A DNA stretch of 64,000 bases from Squalus acanthias (lineage: Eukaryota). Of the stretch, positions 11,834 to 25,910 are shown piece after piece. The position numbers and the translations under genes are program-made. The DNA is taken from positions 3,472,001 through 3,536,000 of the forward strand of contig CM059447.1 in the NCBI GenBank assembly GCA_030390025.1, in the 5' to 3' direction. Below the pieces are notes generated by a model. It had not been told where the DNA came from and did not search any database. It saw only the letters and a list, made by a program, of their open reading frames with translations. Each line of letters opens with the position of its first letter. Position 1 is the first letter of the stretch.

Positions 11834-14800
11834 TATTAATCTTTTCAGTGCCATTTGCATGAATTAAGCCTCTCTTTCATGAGCACCTGCAACTTATAAT
11901 AGTTCGCAAGTAGCAAATATTGCTGCTTCCCCCACCATTTAGGTATGGAGTATTGTCAAATATTATTGCAGTTTTGGCCCTACAACGCTAACACCCAACC
12001 TGAAGGGGGACCAGGAAATGCCCTCCCAGTTTTTGTTCCCCTCATCCTTTGCCTTAAAAATCTTTCCTTCTATTCTGGCACAAATCTTGACAGTCCACTG
12101 CCATGTATGCACATCACACCCAGCTGGTTCATTAATGTCCTTTAGGTAATGAAACCTGCTTTTTTTTTTACCCAGTCTGGGCCTAGTGTGACTCCAGTCC
12201 TATCCTAATGTGGTTGACTCTTAACTGCCCTCTGAAGTAACCTAGTAAGTCACTCAGTTGTATCAAACCACTATTGAGCACCTTCAGCACATGGACTGCA
12301 GTGGTTCAAGAAGATGGCCCACCACCACCTTCTCTGGACAACGAGGGATTGGCAGTAAATGCTGGCCATGCCAGTGATGCCCACATCCTGCGAATGGATA
12401 AAAAAATACTTATACTCTGCACTCCGCAGCATCAATAGATTGCATTTTATAAAGCCTTTAATAAAACATTTCACAGATTGAAAAAAAAAATACTGAGCAG
12501 TGGTGGAAGAAGGCTTAAGAGTGCTGGCCAAAGGCAAGATCAAAGAGTCAGCCATGAACTTTGCATTGTTGAGCAGCATTTTTTCAGGTGTCTCCCATGT
12601 GCATGCTGCCTATCTGCTTTGACAAATCATAGGTTTGTCGAATCATGACCCTTCATAATTAATGTTAGGTGGTCACTGCAGACCCAGGTGCGCTTTAAAA
12701 CAGACTTTCACTGTACAGAAAAGACCAGTCTGGAAATGAAATAGGAGCAAATGAGTCTGCTTAATTATCCTTCACGGAATATGTTTATGTAAACACTCCT
12801 CAATATGTTTTCTTAAAAGTCTATAAACAAATCATTGCTTATAACAGGTTAAAATAGTGGCAAGTTTCCTGCTGCTGCTGCATGTCTCCCTGTGATGTCA
12901 GTATTGAAAGAATCAATTTGCTCCAGGTGCAATTATTTCAGGATTATGACCTGTATAATGCCCAACTGTCTTATAATATGGTCGGCCAAATCATCAATGG
13001 ATTGTCCAGAGATCCCCCCCCCTTACCTTCCCATCCCCAAACACGCAGGCAGTGAATCTTTGTGCATGACCCAATTGCAACAGGAAAGAAGTGCAAGTGT
13101 TTTTATCATCACCGGTGCCTTTGTAGGATCTTAAGGTACTGACTGACGAGACAAAATTTAATACTGATTTCCTGCAATATGCCAAAGTTGTCTGTATTGG
13201 GACAGGTACTGCTAACGTTCAGGTCATGATGCTTCAGGCATGCTCTTTGAAGATCAGGTCAAGGCAGTGGAGAACATGAGCATTGAGCAGGTCGGCAGAG
13301 GGCTACAAAATACCTTAAAAATTGAGTCTTTGCTCACTAGCCAGATTTATAGTCCTAATCACATTTGCATCCTCGTATCCCTTCATCCTCATTTCCTTCA
13401 TCCACCTACCCAATCTATCGTAAATGTTAATATCATTTCTGCCTCAACCACTAACCCTGGCAGTGAATTTCCCATCCTCACAACTCTGTGTAAAGAAGTT
13501 TGTTCTGCCCTCTTCTAAATCTTTTACATTTAATTTATTATCTATGGCACCTTGTTGTTGACCTCTCAACTACTAGAAACAGTTTACTTCTATCTCCCCT
13601 GTCCCATATAAAGTTGCAGATTAAGAATCCCACAGTGAGCATTTGTGGCTATGTTCTCTTTCCCGCGCGCCCCTCCCCCCCCAATCCCCCATCAAAGAAA
13701 TGTCCAGTGGAAAGTGGAGGATGTTCTCAAGCATGCTACCAGCTGGAAGGAATTCTATTTAATGCATATTTATGTCGGTAATTTACAGTGCTTCCAAAAT
13801 ACAAGTTTAGCCTCGGTGCAAAGCAGTTTCAACGTTGAACTGTGGTGTATAAATTAGGTATCAAGGCCCTGACTCTGAATTCAGGCTGCATTTACACTAT
13901 AAATGTAGCGTCCGTGTGAAACTGTTTTACTTTGCACTAATGCTACCGTTTATAGTGTGAATGTACCTTTAGGTGACGCACAGTGATACAGCTTTTACAT
14001 TAATTGTGCCTCATGCGTTCAGCCCTGTCCTTATAAAGCATTATCATTGTACTGAGTTTGGACGTTTTAGAGCAAATGTCTAAATGATCTACCACTGTAT
14101 TGTTCTGCTTTTTTGAGATATTGTTAGTCTAGTCCAAAAATATTGTTGCAAATTCTAAGAGGTTTTGTCAACACAATCCTCAATAGTTGATTTAAAAAAA
14201 ACATTCACTTTCTGGTTGTAGGATGCATATTTGAATCATAGAGGAAGAGACTGGTTTCGGAAGTAGGAAGGTGTACCCATTTTGTTGCAGTCTAAGTGCA
14301 ATTCGGTTATTTGATATTTGTTTCCTGTAATGCTGCTCATGTAACTTTTTCTGTCTAGGTGATATTTTATTCCTGGCTGAGAAGGGTGGGGGAGGCGACC
14401 TATTTTCAATCCTCTGCCAGCACTTCTGTCCCTATCCTTCCCCTTGCCACTGCAGCAGCACTGCCAAGACTGAACTCTAAGTAAGGGGAAGCTGCATACC
14501 ATTCTATGGCATAACGTATTAGAACATCAGATTGTTGTTCTACTCTGCCACCTGCCGCATACTTTTAATTATTGTTTCTAAATATATATATTTCCAATAA
14601 ATACATGCATCAGTGAACTAACTACGAGCACTGTATATGATCGGGGCTTATTTAGTTCCTTATGGGGCACCTGCTGTAGCATTCTGCCAAGTAATGAAGA
14701 CTTCATACTTCACTCCTTAGTGGTCAGACAGGAATTATACTCACTCACTGATTTTTGTTGACCACGACGTCAACAAATTTTTTTCAGTCTGGCTCTGATG

Positions 14801-17093
14801 ATTTCAACATCCTAAATCAAAGAAACACTGCGACTGATGAGCCATGTTAAAAAAATAATTGAGATTTGTTTGAGCGGTCTGGGGCAGGTTTGTTTGGGTT
14901 CAGATAATTATGCTTTTTAAAAAGTTGATTTTTTTTCATTTTGATAATTGCTCACATGAGGTGGGCACTGGGCTCATGAGTTTCAGTTCCTTTGCAAATG
15001 AGACAAAATCCTGTTAGTTTTTCCTGTGTTGTGTAGTGTTACATTGAGCCATATGTTCAACTATTCAATGAATGGTTTAGCATTTAAATTAGATAATACT
15101 GGAGCCTAAATTGATCTAATCTCGACAGCCCATCGGCGTAGTAGAAGTTGGTGTAGTGCTGATGTTTTGTGATTAGCACAGGTATTAAATGCTACATAAC
15201 ATTTTTATGAAGTGTGTTGAATCCTTTGAGGGGTGCAGCTCAGCTTTCTTGCTCCAAAGTTTTCTTAACTTTTGACTTCTCAATTGCCGTATATTGGACT
15301 CTTGAAAATTGACTTTGGGAGTCTTTTCTGTCTAAGTATAAATGTAATATTGGGTTGGGTGTATTCATCAATTGAAGGAGAATTTTATAATGGGGACAGT
15401 GACCGTGGAAACTCTTCAGATTCCACTACTGCCAGTATGAACAGCAAGTAGCTGATCTTAGAGATCAGAATGTAAGGGTTATTACCTCTGTTCACTTCAC
15501 TTAAAGATGTATACTCTTTCATCAGGTCCTTGAATGCACCTATTTAACATTAATGTAAATTAGTAATTCCCAAGTCCAGAATCTCCTGATTTTTGGGCAT
15601 ATTTACAGCATTAGGAATGGCGTTGTGCCATTTTTTTCCAAAGAAATTTGACAGTTTTACGACAAAACATGATTTCTTCGATCATTTCCTCTGAGATACG
15701 TCTGTCAAAACCCTCTTCCACTCATGTATATAGTTCTGCCCCATACAAAAGACAAGCTCACACGAGTTTCCAGCACTGGTGTTGATTTATGCCCAAAAGT
15801 TTAGGCGCAGTGTATCCATCCCGAAGTCATCTGAGAGTAGTGTAACTAAGATTTCTGGGGTTGGATAGAGGTTTTCTCTGCCATTTTTTTTTATATAAAA
15901 TTTTCATCTGTTTTGCACTATACTTAACCAAAGTGCTTTCAGTCTCAATGCACCCAAAATGTTTCTGCCCATACGACCCCCACCACCACCCCCAAGGGGT
16001 TCAGAAGGACAGGAATGGTCTTCCCAATGGACATGCCCTTGTTAAGCATGCTAATGGCAGAGGAGCAGCAGAGGCAAAAGGCTCCGAGTGGGGCGCCGTG
16101 GCAGAAGACAGCAGCCCACTTGTTATTACTCCATATTGGTGGAGCTGCATTTGTTTGAGCACTGCAGGATATTTCAGCGTAGGAACAGGCATAAACTTTG
16201 CCGTAATTTTTGCGTAAGCCCTAGTTTGTGCATGGCAATATGCTGAGTTGATATAAGTAACAAGAGTGAGGCTTGATTGGTTTATCAATGTCATAGTCAC
16301 CCTGGAATGTGTTACTGCCTTGGAGTATGTTTATTCATTACAAATCATCTAAAAAGATGGTGGGTTCTTACCTTTTCACCTTGTTTGTTTTTATTATTTA
16401 ATTTTTTTGTCATTGAGAGCGGAGGGGATTGTAACTCATTATGTTGGGGCTTCTCCTGATAGCTCAGTGAAGTTATTCCGATGCTGAGTCATACAGGGCA
16501 AGAAGCTCTCAAAATTAATCTCTCGTCTGTGCTGTGTTGAATGTTTTCTACTTGGGCGGAGATAAGGGAAACTACAATTGGCCTTCGAATCTCCGGGTTA
16601 CAGAGGAAATAATTGGGCAAGATCCTCGCTCCTGATGGTCTGCTGGGCTTGAAAATGCCTGTGTGGAAGCTGGGCGATGACTGGATTAGCTCGGCTGTGA
16701 TGTGCCATGTAATCAAATAGTCCGCTGCATAAAAATAATGGCCACTTGGGTAAGATATCAGAAAGTGCAGGTGGGGAGAGGTGAAGGTAAGTTAGTGATG
16801 TGTGCTGGGAAGCCATAGTCTCCTAGAGTTTATTTGATTGTCTTTGGGAGTTGGGGAGGAATTTCCAAGAATTTTTCTTGAAGTAGTTCACTTTTTTTTG
16901 CCTTCCCAGGAATTAGAATTACTAAAGATTGGAGACAGTAGTACATTAATTCAAAGGGAAAAATTTACAGAGCTATGAGGAAAGAGCAGGGGAGTGGGAT
17001 TAATTGGATAGCTCTACCAAAGAGCCGGAACAGGCATGTAGGGCCGAATGGCTGGCTCCTGTGCAGTGATACTAATGAAGTTGTCTCGTCCAA

Positions 17094-17524
17094 CACGGTG
17101 GCATAGTGGTTAGCACTGGTGCCTCACAGCGCCAGAGACCCGGGTTCGAATCTGACCTCGGATGACTGTCTGTGTGGAGTTTGCACATTCTCCCCGTGTC
17201 TGCGTGGGTTTCCTCCGGGTGCTCCGGTTTCCTCCCACAGTCCAAAAATGTGTGGGTTAGGTTGATTTGGCTATGATAAAAAAAAATTGACCCTTAGTGT
17301 TAGGGGGGGATTAAATATGTGGGGTTATGGGGATAGGATGGGATATGTTAGGGGGAATTAAATACGTGGGGTTACGGGGGTAGGGTGGGATGTGTGCACT
17401 GTGGGGATTAAAGCAGGGACAGGGTACTGGATTTGGATGATCAGCCATGATCGTATTGAATGGTGGAGCAGGCTCGACGGGCCGAATGGCCTACTCCTGC
17501 TCCTAGATTCTATGTTTCTATGTT
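17094..17524 (+). mobile_element. HE1-type V-SINE with CR1-derived tail
   Basis: tRNA head (TGGCATAGTGG, GGTTCGAATC), V-domain TGTGTGGAGTTTGCACATTCTCCCCGTGTCTGCGTGGGTTTCCTCCGGGTGCTCCGGTTTCCTCCCAC, and a TTCTATGT-repeat tail. Confidence 0.9.
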
Positions 17525-18899
17525 AACAGATAAGAATAGCTTTGATGAGTCTGATGGTCTTTTCTTGCACTTTTCCTCTGTTCATATTTATGGCTATGGA
17601 ACATCAAGCTCACTCCTTTTTTAAAAACAACTCTGTGAGTGAGTCCTGTGGGGGGGGGCTGGCGGTGTGGCCTTGGAAAGAAAATTAATGGGGAGGAGAA
17701 AAAAATTGGAAAACTGGAGGAAAAATGATTTTGTACACAAATCTGATTGGTCCTCTTTTACAAAAAAAAAGGAGTCTGGTCAGATTCCTAGAATTACTGA
17801 GCACAATTTCTTACTGAGTTCATCAAACTCAACCTGTCATTAGAAAATCCCTCAGATATGACCTGAACCTGTGTGTACATAAACCCAAATGCATTGCATA
17901 ATTAGAATAGTGGCACCATGTCGTAAAGCGGTTTGTTAGATTTGTGAACAGTTTAGAAACCTATTTTAACTTAAAATTTGCTTCTTAATTTCATTTATTT
18001 TTGTGATTTTGTTTTTTCCCATCTGGCTGTGGTGAGGACTACAGCTTTCTTATTAATGCTTTAATCTGTGTGAGTCTGCCAACGTCCTGGCCAGATATAT
18101 AAACCAGTTGAGAATATGACAGGCTAGAAGCTGTTTGTGTAAGTAAATTTATCTAATTATTGTTGAGCAGAGTGAGTACAGGCTGCCAGATTGGGGTTCG
18201 ATTCCTAACTATAATGATGAGAGACATTATGTTCGAACAAAAGCTGTGTTTCCAGCAACATTTTTGAAGAATTATGGGTTAAGTAGATGTACAAGAAATA
18301 TTTGTAAATATCATGCTTCCCTTCCGAGTTGTCTGCATAGTAATGCAATCTTTTAAACTGATCTGCTGTAACTCATTCATGAGAATGTATTATGAATACT
18401 ACTCATGATTTGTATTGCCTTGAATTCTCTCTTATTTTGTCTTACAGCATAGTGTTTCATAATGCACACCTTAATTATGCATGTTTGCTGCTGTGTACAT
18501 TCCTATTGGTCTTAATACTACACTGGGTAACTCCTTTACCCAATATGACATTCGTGAAGCTTCATTGTATTTCTATGCACGTCTGAAGGTTGTGTCCATG
18601 TGATGGTGGGACTTAGCGTTGCAAACCCGCCTGTTGTGCTGCTCCCTTATCCTTGGCCTGATGGTTGAGAGAAGGCACTGATTAAGGCTGACCAGTTCTC
18701 TTAAAATTCCAATTGTTACATGACATTTGGTTGTGTCACTGGTTCTGATGCATATTTGATTACTGCGATGATGATAAACCCATCTAGGAGGCAACCCAAA
18801 TCATACTTTCAAATTGTGCAGTAATGTCCCTGTAGTCATTTGACCTTTTTGGATTAATTGGCTTTCAGAGCAAAACTTCACTAACATCTCGTCCAGATT

Positions 18900-19185
18900 T
18901 TTTTATTCTTTCATGGAATGTGGGCATCGCTGACAAGGCCGGTATTTATTGGCCATCTCTAATTGCCCTCGAGAAGGTGGTAGTGAGCTGCCGCCTTGAA
19001 ACGCTGCAGTCCTTGTGGTGAAGGAACTCCCACAGTGCTGATTGTCATTGAGTGGCTTGCTAGGCCATTTCAGAGGGCAGTTAAGAGTCAGCCACATTGC
19101 TGTGGGTCTGGAGTCACATATATAGGCCAGACCAGGTAAGGACAGCAGATTTCCTTCCCTAAAGGACACCAGTGAACCAGATTAA
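18900..19185 (-). mobile_element. Short retroposon with a LINE-like QRFKAAAHYHLL tail and poly(A)
   Basis: Related copies at 12140-12406 (+) and about 63610-63815 (+) share GTGG(C/T)TGACTCTTAACTGCCCTCTGA. Confidence 0.65.
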
Positions 19186-21256
19186 TCTCCAGCAAAAAAA
19201 ACCAACAATACAACTGGGTCACCTATGAATTTATATTTTTAACCAAGAATGAGTATCTGAACTATTGTATACCAACTAGCTAAACTTGTAGAAATTTATA
19301 TCAAAATGGTTAACCCTTCAGTGTGGATAGCCTCGTGAATTGAGTACATGGAGTTCTGTTGATGCCATCACACCTACCATGAGCAAAAGGACAAAAGTTG
19401 AATAAACTTTCATGTATGAATAATAAAAGAGTAAGCATTTGCAAAGCAGTGATCACTCCCGGAGTTCAGATGACTGTTAGAAGACACTTGAGCTTTGTTC
19501 TTGTGGTTTGTTCTCTGAAACACTTGTAGTTGCTCCTGACACTAGTTGGTAACCTTTTTAGTACAATGACCTTCGGATAACAGGACATTGCGATTTTATT
19601 CATTACGAATACCTGCAAGTGACGATTAGAAATTTGGTGTTCAGTATAAAATTGATACCCAATATAGATGTTTACTAAAATGCCTTGCAAATGAAGTAGC
19701 ATGTATAGATGGAAATGTTTAGAGAAAGTTCACATTCCCCAAGACAGGCACCAGGAAAACAATTGTGTTTACCAATTGAATTTTACTTGTCCATGATCAG
19801 CTAAAATTCTGAAATATTCACGGATGCACCCAATAGGCCAAATTGTTTGCTCCTTGAAACATAAGTAAGCAAACCTCACTGCCATTGGATAATACAGATT
19901 TGTGTGGAAATAATGCAGATCTAACCTACACTATGTATTTTTTAGGGACATAAATGTGTACTCCGTGCACCCTCTACTTGCCTGTCTCAGGCAGGTGTCT
20001 TTTTCTTCTCTTCGGTGATGCAAGTTTAACTGTAGCACAAGTAATATGAATAACCGTCATCCTTTATTATATAGTTTACCTTTACTTTAATCTTGTTTTT
20101 ATTTCCTCACACCTTTAAGTACTACCATAATATCTGGTGTATATAATCCCTCAAAGAACATAAACACATGACTTGCACATCAGCTTTACAGCAAATCAAT
20201 CCTAATCTTGTCATAATATAGTGATGTAGCAAGAATATTCATAAACAAATTGAGCTGGTTTGAAAAGGGTTCAAAAGGAGTTAACTTTTATGCAATCTAT
20301 TATTCAGATCATTGAGACACCACTGATCAATGGTGTTGGTGTTCTGAGTGAATTGGACAGACAGTTGCTCAGAACTGTTTGTGTTTCCATTAAATATTAT
20401 CCACAGATGCCAAACAAGATGAAAATATTTGAAACCTGAGCATGTTTGTCTTGACTGTGAAGACCTTGATGTGTGGCTTGTTTTGTCTGACCTTGTACTT
20501 CAATGGCATTTTTACCCAGTATATAAAAACCAGTACACTAATAGATATGGTTAGGGTTAGCTTTCTTCGATTTTTTTTTTTTTATATAGTTAATTTTTAA
20601 ACAAAACGAAAGAAAATTTAAAGCCCCCCCCCCCCCATGTTATGTCTTTAAAGTCAAACTTATTTTCAGGGAAGAAGTACCAAAGCTGTGCCTTTTATTT
20701 AAAGCTGGAGTGACCCCGTAGCTATATTTTATATTTTTATTCCGTCACGCCTCAGTAATTCCCTCCTCTCATCAAAAAAGAGAAAAATATGCACAGTATC
20801 CACGTTGCTGGAATAGTGAGTTGCAACTAACAGGCATATGTGGCCAGATACTTCATGTAGCTCCTCGGCTCTGGTCTTTCTTGGGCTTTAGGAATATGGT
20901 CATCTGTGGAATACAACTGAATAAAGGGTGGAATAATCCAATTTCAGATGATGTCTTAAGAACAAATCTTGAGTGTTTAATAATCATCTATACCATGGAC
21001 CATTCTTTCATCCACAACACATACTACGGAATTTATGGGAGTAATTTGCACTCTTGTAACTATAACATTATCACTCATCCTTTCAGTGAACAATGTACAG
21101 TTGATTAACAAGCAATAAGACCATGCATTTTAAAATGTTGGATTGATATCCTGGAATTTTTCCTATAGAGGATGAATGCAGGTCAGGAATTTCAGCTTTC
21201 TCCTGATGTAAGTTTTAGTTGTAATCACATGCTTCAGGAGATTTACATAAGACTAT

Positions 21257-22330
21257 ACTAAAAAGAAAGGCACGAAAAAGATTTATCGAGCCTGTCCCAT
21301 TCAGTCATGTAGCAACTAAGTAACACAACCCTCGATGCTCCCCATCTGCTGGCAGCCATGTAATCTATCCAGGGAGGCAAAAAACAGATACGAAAAAAAC
21401 ATCCCAGGCCAATTTGGGTGGGGGGAATAAAGGATGTGGGAGCTTTCTCTCTCTCTCTGCGCACCCCCCCCCCCCCCCCCCCGAAGGCGAACAAAAACGA
21501 GTTCCAGGAGATGACCGTGACCACGAGGATAAGCACCCCACCCTACCTTTTGTACGCAGTGGTATCAGCCTCCTTTAGGAACTCATCCAGCTCCCAATTG
21601 AAAGTATGTAGTGAATCTGCACTCATTGCATGAGGCACCAACTTATTCCCAAGGTCTATAACCCTTTGTGAAAAGAATAGCCTCCTGACATCCAGCATCC
21701 TAAGCTTATGTAACTTATACACATGTCCCATCCTTCTCTCCAACTAACTTATCTAATTTAAATAACCTGTCCACATGGACACAGACTAGTCTTTTTTACC
21801 ATTTCAAATACTTCAATCAAATCACCCCGCAATCTATACTTTATCTAGAGTAAAAAGACTTAGCTCTCTGAGCCTATCGTGACAACTAAGGGTTTTTAAA
21901 GTTGGGTGTTACTCTAGTGGTCCTCCTCTGAACCTTTTTCAGGACCTCTATTTCCCAGCATGTAGGAGGACCAGAACTAGGCCCTGTATAAGGACACTAT
22001 GGTGTTTTTTGTTTTATATTGGATCGTCCTACCTATACAATCTTAATACTCTTGTTTGTCATTGTAGCCGCTCGACACCGGTTGTGAATCGTCCACTAGA
22101 ATATCTAGGTTTTTAGAGTCCAGCACGGTATACACATGCTTAGCACACCCACGTGCATAACAATACATTCATCTACATGAAATGTCATCTGCCAGACGCG
22201 GGCCCATTCCCCCATCACCTCTAGATCTGATTGTAATTTTTTTTCTCAAGGGTTTTGACACCAACAAAACTCTTAGTCATCCGCCATCTTGCAGCCAGTG
22301 CCCCAACACATTCATCCAGATCATTGGCCC
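21257..22330 (-). mobile_element. Old CR1/L3-like LINE 3' fragment
   Basis: GHVYKL...RRLFFSQRVIDLGNKL...FNWELDEFL. Confidence 0.65.
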
Positions 22331-22949
22331 GATTTTTAAAATCTTGCGCTTGACTCTATTTTTGGCAGGAACCATGAGAGAAGAATCAGATACAGATTTA
22401 GAGTCTATATACTTGAATAAAATGAGCAAAGAGCAGTTTATATGCACTGTAGGGTATTTATTTTTCTCTAATTTCCCTTCTTCTCTAAGTCTCTCTGCAC
22501 AGTATAGCATACCTGCCTACAGTGATACGCAGGTGACCTGTTCCTAGCCTTTGTCAGTACTGCTCTAACGTGTTATGTTCCACAACAGTTGTCTGAGTGA
22601 CACGTCTTGTGGATTTTTTTTAACCTCCCCATAACAAACTGAACAGAGTTACGAACATCTGTATGTGTAAAGCTACTAATAATGACCAGATTCTGCAGCC
22701 ACTCTAGAATGACCAGATAGTTTTGCCTGAAATATGTTTGGTTTTGGTATAAGTACTGTAGCCCGAGTTACAGCACACTTCAGTAAGTAAATGTATGCTC
22801 CCTTTGTCTCCTTTCACTCGCAGCTCCCTTCCCCCTCTCTGATGTGCGCACACAGCTAAACAATAGAAAATCACTGAATTCCAAACTGCAGAAGACACAG
22901 TGAAAGAGGATACAGTAGAGAAGGGGCTGGAGGAAGAGCGATGTAAAGG

Positions 22950-23076
22950 ATGTTGTTTTATATTCCTTTTGGGTCGGTCTTTGCACAGTATGAGCATGTG
23001 CTGTTTCAGCACATGCAAAGTTTCAGAAACTTAGTAACAGTAAATGCACTTGCAGGATTTCCACAAGTCCCAGGAG
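22950..23076 (+). other. Possible alternative first coding exon of an unidentified host gene
   Basis: ATG-initiated 42-codon open frame in unique sequence, ending at GAG|GTATGT (phase 1). The peptide is not recognised. Confidence 0.2.
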
Positions 23077-24589
23077 GTATGTGCTGACAGAGGAGACCTG
23101 GTGGTATTGTGATTTTAAAAACTCAAAGCTCTGTTGAGCGATCACGTCTGATGTTTCTTAGAGACCGATTTTGTTTTAAGATATTTGGTATACATGCATA
23201 CCTGAAGAAAGGGAAACAAATCAATCTATATTTCACTGGGCCAAAACTAGCAGTAGGGAGAGACCATTTCCAAAAATGGTTGAAGACCTTCATTGCCAGC
23301 TTTGAATATTTCACATACCTCCTATTATGTGTTACACTTCTGCACATACTTAACCCCTGAACATTTGTACCTATTATTTGAAAATATTTCTTTGTTCAAC
23401 AGTCAAATGCTGACTTATATTAAAAGTTTATGTTCAAACAAAACTAGATGGTTTTTGAAAGATTTGTTCTTTTATTAACGTGAAGTTGGTATTCTACTGC
23501 AATTTAGTTTGATTTACTTTTAAATAGAAAGCGTGACTAAGCCTTTAATGTTTTTAGTAGGTTCAATTTTGTATAAACTAATACTTTTAATTAAGGAAGG
23601 GGTGGTGGATCAATATATAATGCGGAGATTTCACATCTGCTTGATGGTTGTTTCCTCTCCATGTCACTGAGCTTCACAAAAATATTGAGGGTTACAGTAA
23701 ACTTATTGTGAGATTTAATTAATGAGAATATTTAATAAATTTGAGCTATGGAAATAGTCATGTACTGTCTTGGCTGCAGTATTTGCTAGGTGTTTAGCCA
23801 GATATCCAGTTGAATACTGTCTGCCGCATCCCTCATCACTGAACAGACCACAGTGCATGCACCAACATGCCACTAATCTGATCAAGTCAACAGCCAGAAT
23901 TTGGAGGTATACAACTACAATGTAAAATTTCAGCTTCCATTTTATATGAAATATATTTTTAAATGCTTGAACAAATGAATGAAAGGAACGGTCAAATCAT
24001 TGAAATATGTAAAATAATCCTATGGTGTAGCTGAGGTACGTAATTAATATCTGGTGACTTTCAGATTATGTTCCATTTTTATTCTATATAGATGTTTTGT
24101 GATCTAGATAAAACAAGAAAGAGCTTGCATTTATATAGCGCCTTTCATGACCTCAGGATGTAAAAAATGCTTTACAGCCAATGAAGTACTTTATAAAGTG
24201 TAGTCACTGTTGCATTATAGGGAAATATGGCAGCCAATTTGTGCACAGCAAGGGCCCATAAAAAGCAATGAGATAAATGAACAGAAAATCTGTTTAAATG
24301 ATGTTGGCTGATGTAATCCTTTTCTCTCCACAAAGCCGACAGCAAATCTCCACGTTGTGCACTAATTGTGTCTGAGAGCTGGCAACTTACTCTTGGACCT
24401 CCACCAATGCTGGTGTGAACGCACTGTTTGGAATTGTACAAGAGAATCCAAGACTGCATCTGTTGATTCTCTGAAAAGGAGTGGGTTTTGCCTATTGCTT
24501 CACTGCAATGATGAGATCAGATACTTGGTATGGGTTTGCACCCGTGATTTCTTCAGCATCTCATCATGCTACTACTTCTACTAAATTCT

Positions 24590-25172
24590 GTCCGTCAGCT
24601 CAGCAGTGACGATGGGGCCGAATAAATTCACTCCATTGCTGTCGGTTCTGAACTAGCCTGGTCGCTTAAGTCATCTGCATCTCTTTCTGTGACAAGCCAC
24701 TCTTGTGCTTTCCAGTGCTTTCTTGATCTTCATTGGCTTCTTGTTCCATGTACCTCTGTATGCAGGGCCATGAAAAGCATTCTAGCTGTTTCCATTCTTG
24801 AAAAGTGCCCAAACCATCCCAGTTGTCTTTCTTGGATCTTCTTTATAAGCATTGTTTCTTGTCCAAGCCATGTTCTTATTTCATTCTTGAATCTTTGCAT
24901 CCTAGATAGTCATAGTATTCCTCTCAACCAACTCATCTCTCTGCTGTTAGTATCTTTTGCTCATCAACTTTTCTCGCATTCCAACACTCAGATCCATATA
25001 ATATTGGGATAGCCATTGCTTCACAAACTTTTACGTTAATCTTTACCAAAATATCTTTAGCCTTCCATATGCTACTTAATCTTCCAAAAGCAGCAGAAGC
25101 AAGTCCAATCCTTCTTTTGATTTCTTCACAACTACCATTCTCTGCCACTAACTCACCAAGGTATATATTTAG
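24590..25172 (-). mobile_element. RTE-clade LINE 3' fragment
   Basis: YLG...EEIKRRIGLASAAFGRL..IW...LYGSECW, characteristic of RTE RT C-termini. Confidence 0.85.
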
Positions 25173-25589
25173 CATGCTGTACTACCATAAATTGCACTGT
25201 GCTGTACACTACGCTGCAAAATACTTTTTTTCTTGCACTCCTATCTCCTTTCCTGAAGGTGGTTACTCGTGCTGAGATATGCTGCTGACCCTCTGGTACT
25301 TTATTCAGATTTATGAACTTGGAAGTTTGACTATGCATGCCATTCTCGGTAAGCTTAATCCAGTCCTTGCCTGTCATCCGTACATGCACACTTCAAGTAG
25401 GGGGGTCATTAGATAGTGATTAGGAGTGGAAACTCAGGCTATTCCTCCCTTCCTAGTCCACGGAGGCATGCATTAATTGTAGTAATCTCACCACTGCTCC
25501 AGATAATGGATCAAATCCGGGAACTTCCTGATCTCTGCCTCAGTACTACACCACATAGTGCAATGATCCATGGAAGCATTGCATTCTGT

Positions 25590-25910
25590 ACAGAAACCGT
25601 TTCCACTGGTAGGAGGGTCGGTAACCAGAGGACACAGATTTGAGATAATTGCCAAAAGAACCAGAGGGGAGATGAGACATTTTTACGCAGCGAGTTGTTA
25701 TGATCTGGAATGCACTGATTGAAAGGGCGGTGGAAGCAGATTTGATGGTAACTTTCAAAAGGGAATTGGATAAATACTTTAAAAAGGAAAAATTTGCAGG
25801 GCTATGGGGAAAGAGCGGGTAAGTGGAAATAATTTGATTGCTCTTTCAAAGAGCCGGCACAGGCACGATGGGGTGATTGGCCTCACTTCTGTGCTGCAAG
25901 ATTCTGTGAC
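25590..25910 (+). mobile_element. CR1 3' end fragment
   Basis: ACCAGAGGACACAGATT...TTTACGCAGCGAGTTGTTATGATCTGGAATGC and a CR1 3' UTR. Other short CR1 tails lie at about 5930-6330, 13320-13610, 16945-17065 and 29960-30080. Confidence 0.75.

Noticed and set aside
18096-18144. TATATAAA followed by a GTAAGT donor
   Set aside because: The implied first exon would be only about 15 nt; no other support.
22704-23018. KDRPKRNI resembling the JARID2 N-terminus (minus-strand ORF)
   Set aside because: Short match only, no Met at the right place and no splice donor after it; likely chance.
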